Notes under the pieces: generated by a model
What the model was told of the DNA's origin: nothing
What the model saw: only the letters and a program-made list of their open reading frames with translations
The model's database searches: none
Position numbers and translations under genes: made by a program
Shown: positions 1 to 7,412 of the stretch, in pieces
Layout of the letters: each line of letters begins with the position of its first letter
Numbering within the stretch: the stretch's first letter is position 1
IMG/VR virus record: IMGVR_UViG_3300007735_000763
Coordinates: 1 to 58,210 of that record
Length of the DNA: 58,210 nucleotides
DNA from: a virus
Taxonomy: Duplodnaviria > Caudoviricetes
Direction: 5' to 3' (one strand)

Positions 1-41
1 TGGGTGGTAGGCAATAACTGGCAAGTGCTTGAGGGAAAAAA

Positions 42-233
42 ATGACGACTGTTCAAGAACTGGAGGTGACCGTGACAAGTCACATCGACGTTTGTGCGGT
101 GCGCTACGAGGCCATCCACGCCCGCCTTAAACGCCTTGAGGGGCTAGTCTTGAAGGTTGGCGGCACGATCATCCTTGTGCTGCTCACCGCCCTTGGCAGC
201 ATGGCCGTAATGCTAATGGATGCAATGAAGTGA
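42..233 (+). CDS. small membrane protein, lysis-region (coiled coil plus C-terminal TM helix)
   Basis: SD-like GAGGG upstream; hydrophobic C-terminus; overlaps next ORF. Confidence 0.65.
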   Translation: MTTVQELEVTVTSHIDVCAVRYEAIHARLKRLEGLVLKVGGTIILVLLTALGSMAVMLMDAMK

Positions 234-637
234 ACGAGGACATCGAACTCCTGAAGGTGCAGATCAAGGCCGAGTTACAGCGCCTTGAGGCACAGAGCAG
301 CGCCAAAGACGTAGCGGGCAAGGCTATCGGCAAGGACGGCCTCAAGTACATCACAGCCATCGTAGTCATTGGCGTCCTCTCCAGCCTTGCGCTGGACAGC
401 GAGAAGATCGCCGCCGTGATGGGCTTGCTTGGTGCCTCGCTGACCGCCCTGATCTCCATGTTGGCGTCCATCGCTGGCACGGTGGAAAAGGAAGAAAAGC
501 CCGAGTTTGGTGTGATTAAAGACCTGATCGCCAAACTTGACAGGCTTGACCGTAAAGAGCAGCCAATGCGGGTAGACGTTGAAAACGGCCACGTTATTGT
601 GACCAAGGGCGATGATGTGGTGAGGGCCAGCAAATGA
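230..637 (+). CDS. membrane protein with two predicted TM helices
   Basis: Two hydrophobic segments; GTGA/ATGA overlaps with neighbours. Confidence 0.7.
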   Translation: MNEDIELLKVQIKAELQRLEAQSSAKDVAGKAIGKDGLKYITAIVVIGVLSSLALDSEKIAAVMGLLGASLTALISMLASIAGTVEKEEKPEFGVIKDLIAKLDRLDRKEQPMRVDVENGHVIVTKGDDVVRASK

Positions 638-1119
638 TGACGATGGTTAGCACGTTCCTGTCGTTCCTTGCGGGTGGTTTGCCGAAGATTCTGACGATCT
701 TTCAAGACCGGCAGGATAAAAAGCATGAGTTGGCTCTCGTCGCTGCTCAGAAGGAACGTGAGTTGGCGTTGGCAGAGCGTGGCTTCATTGCTCAGGCACG
801 GGTCGAAGAAATCAAGTTGGAGCAGATCCAAACGCAAACCGCTGCCGAAGAACGTCAGGCTCTCTACCAGCACGACATTGAAATTGGCAAAGGGGCATCA
901 CAGTGGATGATCAATCTCCGAGCCAGCGTGCGCCCCGTGGTGACGTACATCTTCGTGCTGGAACTCGTGGCGCTGAATGTCGCCGGGGTCTGGTATGCGT
1001 ACACCACCGGCATTCCGTTTGCGATTGCGATGGAGAACGTGTTCAGTGACGATGAGATGATGATCCTTGCCAGCATTATTGCGTTTCATTTCGGTGGTCG
1101 GGCGTTTAGCCAGAAATGA
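634..1119 (+). CDS. putative holin (3-TM, GTA-holin-like)
   Basis: N-terminal hydrophobic helix, coiled coil, LRASVRPVVTY and FHFGGR motifs; upstream of endolysin. Confidence 0.65.
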   Translation: MMTMVSTFLSFLAGGLPKILTIFQDRQDKKHELALVAAQKERELALAERGFIAQARVEEIKLEQIQTQTAAEERQALYQHDIEIGKGASQWMINLRASVRPVVTYIFVLELVALNVAGVWYAYTTGIPFAIAMENVFSDDEMMILASIIAFHFGGRAFSQK

Positions 1120-1592
1120 TCGGGGTATACGCAATCCGAAACGAGTCTGCCGGTAAGATTTATATCGGTAGCTCTTCTGATGTTAGGCATCGTTTGATAT
1201 GTCAGAAGTCTTATTTAAAAAACGGCAACCACCCCGCTACGATTCGGTCATTGCGCGGAACCAATCCAAACGTAAAGGACTTTCAGTTTTTAGTGGTGTG
1301 TGAAACCGCTGACATTAATCAAGCAAGGGAGTTAGAGGAGTTTTTACTCGCGGAAATCCCGAGCGACCGTCTTTATAACCTTGCTTTAGATGCAACAGGT
1401 GGCAGTGTAAAACGTGTAAACCGCGAACGGTACCGGGAGGGCGCCGCCAAACGTCTTGCTAATCCTAATTTCAGGAACAGGTTGAGTCAGGCTTGTAGGG
1501 GTAAGCGTCAAGTTGTGACATGCCCAAAATGCGGAGTTTCTGGTGGTGGCGGAAACATGCGTAGATATCATTTTGAGAATTGTTCAAAATGA
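1116..1592 (+). CDS. free-standing GIY-YIG homing endonuclease
   Basis: GVYAI...IYIGSS..V..R motif; C-terminal CPKC...YHFENC zinc module; lower GC than flanks. Confidence 0.85.
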   Translation: MIGVYAIRNESAGKIYIGSSSDVRHRLICQKSYLKNGNHPATIRSLRGTNPNVKDFQFLVVCETADINQARELEEFLLAEIPSDRLYNLALDATGGSVKRVNRERYREGAAKRLANPNFRNRLSQACRGKRQVVTCPKCGVSGGGGNMRRYHFENCSK

Positions 1593-2077
1593 AGGTAAGC
1601 CCTCGCTGTATTGAGATGCTCAAACACCATGAAGGTTTGCGTACGCGACCCTATCAATGTCCGGCATTGCTTTGGAGTGTCGGCGTTGGCCACGTCATTG
1701 ATCCAACACATCTAAATGTTCCATTCAATGAGCGCAAGAATCTACCGATACCGGCAGGCTGGGATCGCATCCTCAGTATGGGAGAAGTGGACGCTATTCT
1801 TGCTCAAGATCTTGGCCGGTTTGAGCGTGGGGTTCTTCGACTTTGCCCTGCTGCTTCTGGTCGTCAAGGAGTCTTCGATTCTCTCGTATCTTTTGCCTTC
1901 AACGTGGGGCTTGGAAACCTTCAGAGATCTTCTCTCCGGATGAAAACTAACCGGGGCGATCTTATGGAAGCAGCCGATGAGTTCCTGAAGTGGACCAAGG
2001 CTGCGGGCCGTGTCCTACCAGGTCTCGTCAAGCGACGCCAGGATGAGCGAGCCATGTACCTATCAGGAGTAGCCTAA
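1589..2077 (+). CDS. endolysin, GH24 lysozyme
   Basis: HEG..PY.C....WSVGVGH, FDSLVSFAFNVG, GLVKRRQDE; ATG at 1589 overlaps upstream TGA. Confidence 0.92.
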   Translation: MKVSPRCIEMLKHHEGLRTRPYQCPALLWSVGVGHVIDPTHLNVPFNERKNLPIPAGWDRILSMGEVDAILAQDLGRFERGVLRLCPAASGRQGVFDSLVSFAFNVGLGNLQRSSLRMKTNRGDLMEAADEFLKWTKAAGRVLPGLVKRRQDERAMYLSGVA

Positions 2078-2292
2078 TGCGCATTGAACAAGCATCACGG
2101 ACCACGGATCAGGGCCTGATTGAGCCCGCCCACCTCATTGAGGTAGTTTGCGCGGCCTGCGGGTATGATTTAGACGAGGGGGAGTTGGAGGCCGACACCT
2201 GTTCCGACTGCGGGCAGGTGTTGGATCTGCGGCGTCACGTGGCGATCCAGGTGACGACCGTACCGGCAAGCGTAGGAGGAACACTGCCGTGA
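2077..2292 (+). CDS. small zinc-ribbon protein
   Basis: CAAC...CSDC; TAATG coupling. Confidence 0.65.
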   Translation: MRIEQASRTTDQGLIEPAHLIEVVCAACGYDLDEGELEADTCSDCGQVLDLRRHVAIQVTTVPASVGGTLP

Positions 2293-2486
2293 AGAAAAAG
2301 CGAGCGTTGAGTGCGAGCCGCGTGAATGCGGCGGGCAACTACACCAAGCCCAGCATGCGTAAACAATTGTTTGAGTCCATCAAAGCCCGTGCGGTGCAGG
2401 GAACTAAGGCAGGGCAGTGGAGCGCGCGCAAAGCACAGCTTCTAGCTAAGAAATACAAGGAGAAGGGCGGCTCTTATCGTGACTAA
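2289..2486 (+). CDS. small basic protein, N-terminal half of a DUF5872-like family
   Basis: YTKP..RK...GQWSARKAQLLAKKYKEKGG.Y motif. Confidence 0.7.
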   Translation: MKKKRALSASRVNAAGNYTKPSMRKQLFESIKARAVQGTKAGQWSARKAQLLAKKYKEKGGSYRD

Positions 2487-2602
2487 GGTTTGCCTGCTTT
2501 GTCAGCAAGAGAAGATTGAATCGGCGTTCTAAGGATCGAATTGACTTGCTAGAAGCGGCAGTAAGATGCCTAAAGGAAAATGCAAATGGCTACAGAGACT
2601 AA
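2479..2602 (+). pseudogene. internally deleted relic of an endonuclease VII-like homing endonuclease
   Basis: VTKVCLLCQQEKIESAF* joined out of frame to KDRIDLLEAAVRCLKEN, resembling the N- and C-termini of phage EndoVII-type nucleases. Confidence 0.5.
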
Positions 2603-2867
2603 ATCAAGCTTTAGCATGGAGAAGGTCGTGGACATGTTGTTCCCGGTCTTGCTCGCGGCTGTGGGCTGGCTACTCTCGGAGATCACTTCGTTCCAGAACC
2701 GGCTGATTGCGATTGAGAGCAAAATGCCGATTTTGATTACAACTGACGGTGTGCCGACTGATAGTCCGATTAGCGCGGCTCGTAGACAGGATATGAAGGA
2801 TGACATCATGGCAGATATCCATGACCTTCAGGTTCGCGTCAAACTGATGGAAGAGCGTGGGAAGTAA
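2586..2867 (+). CDS. membrane-anchored coiled-coil protein
   Basis: AAGGA SD; one TM helix; TAATG coupling downstream. Confidence 0.7.
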   Translation: MATETKSSFSMEKVVDMLFPVLLAAVGWLLSEITSFQNRLIAIESKMPILITTDGVPTDSPISAARRQDMKDDIMADIHDLQVRVKLMEERGK

Positions 2868-3022
2868 TGGAATTGTTCGAGATATTTACTCGCGCATGGC
2901 CGGTAATTCTTGCGCTCATCACGTTGATCATCGTGCTCTCGAAGCTCGATCTACGCGTGGCCGTCTTGGAAGAGAAGATGAAAGCGGCTTGGGATTTGAT
3001 TAACAAAAAGGTAGACAAATGA
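2867..3022 (+). CDS. 51-aa membrane protein (not in ORF track)
   Basis: MELFEIFTRAWPVILALITLIIVLSKLDLRVAVLEEKMKAAWDLINKKVDK; coupled at both ends. Confidence 0.7.
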   Translation: MELFEIFTRAWPVILALITLIIVLSKLDLRVAVLEEKMKAAWDLINKKVDK

Positions 3023-3252
3023 GAGCCCCTCAACAGTCTTTACGGAACTGGACAGCCCAGAAGTGGAGGACCAAAAGTGGTAAGCCATCTAGTAAAACAG
3101 GTGAAAGATACCTTCCAGAAGCTGCGATCAAAGCTCTCAGCCCTGCTGAGTACGCTCGTACAACGGCTGCGAAGCGCCGTGGCAAAGCTAAAGGGAAGCA
3201 GTTCGTAAAACAGCCGAAGGCAATTGCCCGGAAGACCGCACAGTACAGGTGA
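3019..3252 (+). CDS. small basic protein, C-terminal half of a DUF5872-like family
   Basis: QQSL.NWT.QKWRTKSG...GERYLPEAAI..LS..EY...KQFVKQP motif. Confidence 0.7.
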   Translation: MRAPQQSLRNWTAQKWRTKSGKPSSKTGERYLPEAAIKALSPAEYARTTAAKRRGKAKGKQFVKQPKAIARKTAQYR

Positions 3253-3256
3253 CGTC

Positions 3257-3700
3257 ATGGCGAGTGTGAAGAAGGATGCGATCGGCCAGGAGATCCGCAA
3301 GTCGTACGAGCGCGGCCAGAAGGGCTGCCCGGAGGCGACGCAGGATATCCACGTCAACCTGGACAATCGCAACAATGCGATTAAGGAGTACGGCTACGGG
3401 CCGTTGAACCCGGAGTCGGAGTCGCGGGCGTTCTGGGACAAGAAGGCCGAGCTCTGGCAGACGACCGTCCGGGAGGCCAAGAAGTCCCGTTGCGGCAACT
3501 GCGCGGCGTTCATCCAGACCCCGGAGATGATCGTTTGCATTGAAAAGGGCATTCACGACTACAACGAGGAGATGGATCACGAGAACTATGCCCCGGAGGT
3601 CGTCGAGGCGGCTAACCTCGGCTATTGTGAGCTCTTCCACTTCAAGTGCGCCGGCGATCGCACGTGTGACGCGTGGCTCGTGGGCGGCCCAATCAAGTAA
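3257..3700 (+). CDS. Cys-rich phage protein, HiPIP-like cysteine spacing
   Basis: CGNCAAF...GYCELF...TCDAW; ATG 3257 after AGGTG. Confidence 0.7.
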   Translation: MASVKKDAIGQEIRKSYERGQKGCPEATQDIHVNLDNRNNAIKEYGYGPLNPESESRAFWDKKAELWQTTVREAKKSRCGNCAAFIQTPEMIVCIEKGIHDYNEEMDHENYAPEVVEAANLGYCELFHFKCAGDRTCDAWLVGGPIK

Positions 3701-3709
3701 TATGCGTCC

Positions 3710-5563
3710 ATGGCATACTTCAGACTCTTTCTCAAGCCGGGTGTAGACAAGCAAAACACCGAATACGGCGCAGAAGGCGGATGGATCGACTCCGATTACA
3801 TCCGTTTCCGGTATGGTTTGCCGGAAAAACTAGGGGGATGGACCCTTTTTAACGGGTCTGATGTCTACTTTGTCGGCCAACCGAGCGAGATTTTCACTTG
3901 GACCGACCTCGAGAGTGCCCCCTATGTAGTGATGGGCACCACCAAGAAGGTCTATATCTACTACGGCGGCTCTTGGGCCGACATTACGCCTATCCGGGCC
4001 ACCCAAGCCGGCGTCACTTTCGACACCACCAACACCTTGACGACGGTTACCGTCAACGACACGGCGCATGGCTGTCTGGTTGGCGACTTTGTGACGCTTT
4101 CCAATGTCACGGGTAACCCAGGCGGCATTACAAACGCTAGTTTGACGGGGGAGTTTGAGGTCCAGGAGGTCCTAAACGCCAATGAATACACCATTGTCTC
4201 GCCCGCTGCGGCGACCAGCACGGCCACGGCGGCAGGGTCGGCCGATGCGGCCTACCAGATCAATGTAGGCTCTGATCTTAGCTATAGCGACTTCGGTTGG
4301 GGCACCGGAACCTGGGGTCTTTTTACCTGGGGCACGCCGCGACCGGCTTCCGCAGGTCTCGCACTCAATTCTCGTGTCTGGCAGTTTGACAATTTCGGCG
4401 AAAAGTTGATTTTGCAGCTTGTGGATGGCGCGATTTACGAGTGGGATCCAAATTCCGGCATCACCACCCGCGCTACCACCATCTCTGGCGCGCCGACCAA
4501 GAGCAAGTACGCATTGGTATCTACCCCTGATAGACACCTGATCTGCTTTGGCACCGAAAGCACGATCGGAACGCCATCCTCACAAGATCCGATGTTTGTC
4601 CGCTTCTCTAACCAGGAAGACATCAACAGTTTCGTCGCTACCGCGACCAATACTGCGGGCGGCCAGCGTCTGACGGACGGAAACGAGATCGTTTCGGCGC
4701 TGCGGTCACGCGGACAGATCCTGATCTGGACCGATACGGCGTTGCACGGCATGCAATACCTCGGACCGCCGTATACGTTCGGTTTTCAGCAGCTTGGAGC
4801 CAACTGCGGCCTGATCGGGCCTCATGCGTCTGCCGATGTGAACGGCGTGGCGTATTGGATGAGCAAGGACGCGTTCTTTGTCTTTGACGGTACGGTCAAA
4901 AAGCTTCCTTGCACCGTGCAGGACTATGTATACGACGACATCAACATCGTTCAAAACGAAAAGGTGCATGTCGGCATCAACACGCAGTTCAACGAGGTCA
5001 CTTGGTGGTACTGCACGGCCGATAGCGACTACATCAATCGCTTTGTGACCTTTAACTATCTTGAGCAGGTCTGGTCCGTGGGCACTATGGCTCGGACCGC
5101 GTGGACGGATGTCGGTACGTTCGACAAGCCGCTCGCGACAAGCTACGACCCGAACGGGACCGAAGCAACACTGACCACGATCCATGGACTTACGGCGGGC
5201 CGCGCACGTCTTTACAACCAGGAAGACGGTAAGAACGGCAATGGCTCGGCGATCACGGCCTACGTCAAGTCGGGATACTTTGACCTGGGCGATGGCGATC
5301 AGATGTTGTACATGCGCCGGTTTATCCCCGACTTCAAAAACCAGGAAGGCGATCTGACAGTACATTTGCTGCTTCGGCCCTATCCGCAATCCTCTGCCGT
5401 CCCGAGCTCTTTGGATCCTTATGTGATCACTCCTACGACGGATAAAGTCGACACTCGGGCGCGTGGGCGGCAGATTAGTTTGCGGATTGAAAGCGACGCC
5501 GTAGATACCAACTGGCGCTTTGGCACGATGAGGGTGGATATCCAGCCGGATGGCTTGCGATGA
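3710..5563 (+). CDS. tail nozzle / DNA stabilisation protein (P22 gp10 / T7 gp12-like role)
   Basis: 617 aa beta-rich, propeller-like; ends MRVDIQPDGLR; precedes ejection proteins. Confidence 0.7.
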   Translation: MAYFRLFLKPGVDKQNTEYGAEGGWIDSDYIRFRYGLPEKLGGWTLFNGSDVYFVGQPSEIFTWTDLESAPYVVMGTTKKVYIYYGGSWADITPIRATQAGVTFDTTNTLTTVTVNDTAHGCLVGDFVTLSNVTGNPGGITNASLTGEFEVQEVLNANEYTIVSPAAATSTATAAGSADAAYQINVGSDLSYSDFGWGTGTWGLFTWGTPRPASAGLALNSRVWQFDNFGEKLILQLVDGAIYEWDPNSGITTRATTISGAPTKSKYALVSTPDRHLICFGTESTIGTPSSQDPMFVRFSNQEDINSFVATATNTAGGQRLTDGNEIVSALRSRGQILIWTDTALHGMQYLGPPYTFGFQQLGANCGLIGPHASADVNGVAYWMSKDAFFVFDGTVKKLPCTVQDYVYDDINIVQNEKVHVGINTQFNEVTWWYCTADSDYINRFVTFNYLEQVWSVGTMARTAWTDVGTFDKPLATSYDPNGTEATLTTIHGLTAGRARLYNQEDGKNGNGSAITAYVKSGYFDLGDGDQMLYMRRFIPDFKNQEGDLTVHLLLRPYPQSSAVPSSLDPYVITPTTDKVDTRARGRQISLRIESDAVDTNWRFGTMRVDIQPDGLR

Positions 5564-6969
5564 GCAAGATCAACAACGTCCGCCTGCCTAATGCTGCCAC
5601 AGCAGGGTATAGCGCGGAGCAGTTCAATCAGCTCATACGTTCTCTCGAACAGGTTATTTTTCAGCTTAACAACACCTATACGCCTGTTGTCACCGAAGAC
5701 AAAGATACCGCTTATGCGTGGTACGGGGACGGCGGAGGATGCATTGACATGAATGGAGTACCCGTACCAATTTCGTTTCCGCCTACAGCATTAGACGCTT
5801 TCGGACGTCAGCGCGTTAGCGAACCGTATACGCTTTTTGATAGCCAAAATCGTTACGCTGCGGACAATCAGTTTGACGTATCGACGACGGGCACGGGGAC
5901 AACGACCTTCTTGTCCAACGAAGCTGCGGTAAAAATGGAGGTCACGGCCGGTGGTGTAGGCTCCGTGATCCGTCAGTCTTACCGCTCGTTCCCTTATCAG
6001 CCTGGCAAAGGCCTCTTGGTCCTTGCGACGTTCGTCATGGATAGTAGCCAAAGCCTGAATCTCACGCAGCGTGTGGGGTATTACAACGACCAAAACGGCG
6101 TGTTCTTCCAGCGTGTAGACGGCACGTATTCGTTTGTGCTTCGTTCGTATGTCACGGGTTCGGCTTCCGATGCGCGGACCGTGAATCAGTCTTCTTGGAA
6201 CGGCGACAAGCTTGATGGCACGGGGCCGAGTGGACTGACTCTAGACCCATCCAAAGCGCAGATCCTGTGGATGGACTTTGAGTGGCTGGGCGTGGGCTCA
6301 GTTCGCTGTGGATTCATCATCAACGGCGAGTACATCACCTGTCATACCTTCAACAATGCGAACGAGATCACCAACGTCTACATGACTACGGCAATCTTGC
6401 CCGTTCGCTATGAAATCAAGACCGTCACTTCCGCCGTAGCCGCTTCGATGAAAGCGATCTGTTGCTCGGTGGTGTCGGAAGGTGGGTTTGAACAGACATC
6501 CATTGACCACGTAGCGCGTCGCACTACGATCTTAGGCACAATCGGGACGACGTTTTTGCCCCTTGTATCCATTCGCCTTGCGTCCGGGCGCACGGGCGCA
6601 GTTGTGCTCCCAAATCGTGTTCAAGTTTTGCCTACAACCAGTCAAAACTATGAAGTTGCTTTGATTAAGAACCCAACGCTGACAGGGGCTACCTGGGCTG
6701 CTACGGTCCCCTCTGACTCAAACGTAGAGTTCGATGTTGCTGCAACGGCAACAACGGGCGGTAGCATTGTCCAGACGGACTACACCACGGCGTCTGGCTC
6801 TGGAGGGGCTACGGGCTTAAATGCCTCAACAGGCTACAACTGGGATCTTCAGCTAGGCGCATCGATTGCGGGGACGAGTGACATCTACACCGTTGCGATC
6901 CGTACCGTGTCGGGTGCCACGACCGGAGATGCTGTCGGCTCCCTTTCGTTCTATGACCTGACGCAGTAG
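5560..6969 (+). CDS. virion protein: short N-terminal adaptor fused to a DAFGR.RVS beta domain
   Basis: ATGA overlap; DAFGRQRVSEPYTLFDS, YQPGK, WLGVGSVRCGF motifs. Confidence 0.7.
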   Translation: MSKINNVRLPNAATAGYSAEQFNQLIRSLEQVIFQLNNTYTPVVTEDKDTAYAWYGDGGGCIDMNGVPVPISFPPTALDAFGRQRVSEPYTLFDSQNRYAADNQFDVSTTGTGTTTFLSNEAAVKMEVTAGGVGSVIRQSYRSFPYQPGKGLLVLATFVMDSSQSLNLTQRVGYYNDQNGVFFQRVDGTYSFVLRSYVTGSASDARTVNQSSWNGDKLDGTGPSGLTLDPSKAQILWMDFEWLGVGSVRCGFIINGEYITCHTFNNANEITNVYMTTAILPVRYEIKTVTSAVAASMKAICCSVVSEGGFEQTSIDHVARRTTILGTIGTTFLPLVSIRLASGRTGAVVLPNRVQVLPTTSQNYEVALIKNPTLTGATWAATVPSDSNVEFDVAATATTGGSIVQTDYTTASGSGGATGLNASTGYNWDLQLGASIAGTSDIYTVAIRTVSGATTGDAVGSLSFYDLTQ

Positions 6970-6977
6970 AGGCGATC

Positions 6978-7304
6978 ATGGCAAACAAGTATCTCCGCAA
7001 GTATTTAATCCCAAGCGCTGCTACAGAAACTCTCCTGTACACCGTCCCCTCGGCCAATGCGACGGTCGTGCGTTCTTTGCGCGTCACGAACACCGGCACC
7101 GGCACGACGGCTATTACCGTTGCTCATACGGGCACCGGCACGACGTATTACCTGCAAAAGAACCGCTCCCTGGATGTAAACGGGACGTTTGACGTGTTTA
7201 ATGGCATCCCTTGCGTGTTAGAGGCGGGAGACGTTTTACGAGTCACCTCTAGTCTGGCGGGATCGCACTTTTACCTGTCTTACCTGGAAATAGATCGCTC
7301 CTGA
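6978..7304 (+). CDS. small virion structural protein
   Basis: GAGG SD; TLLYTVP...LEAGDVLRVT...SYLEI beta pattern. Confidence 0.75.
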   Translation: MANKYLRKYLIPSAATETLLYTVPSANATVVRSLRVTNTGTGTTAITVAHTGTGTTYYLQKNRSLDVNGTFDVFNGIPCVLEAGDVLRVTSSLAGSHFYLSYLEIDRS

Positions 7305-7308
7305 CAGG

Positions 7309-7412
7309 TGGACAACCCTTGACAACTTCCCCCATAATCCGAGCCATCTTCGCGTCCTTTCCCGGCGCGCGACCCCTTGCTGGGTCTTTGGCTCCAACTG
7401 GAAAGGACGGCT
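7309..7412 (+). promoter_or_regulatory. putative promoter (TGGACA-18-CATAAT) and structured leader with anti-SD
   Basis: Stems GAGCCA/TGGCTC, CGCGTC/GGCGCG, GACCC/GGGTC; 7353-7362 is the exact complement of 7400-7409 (SD). Confidence 0.55.

Noticed and set aside
7319-7338. Perfect TTGACA as -35 for CATAAT
   Set aside because: Spacer is only 8 nt; TGGACA at 7309 fits better
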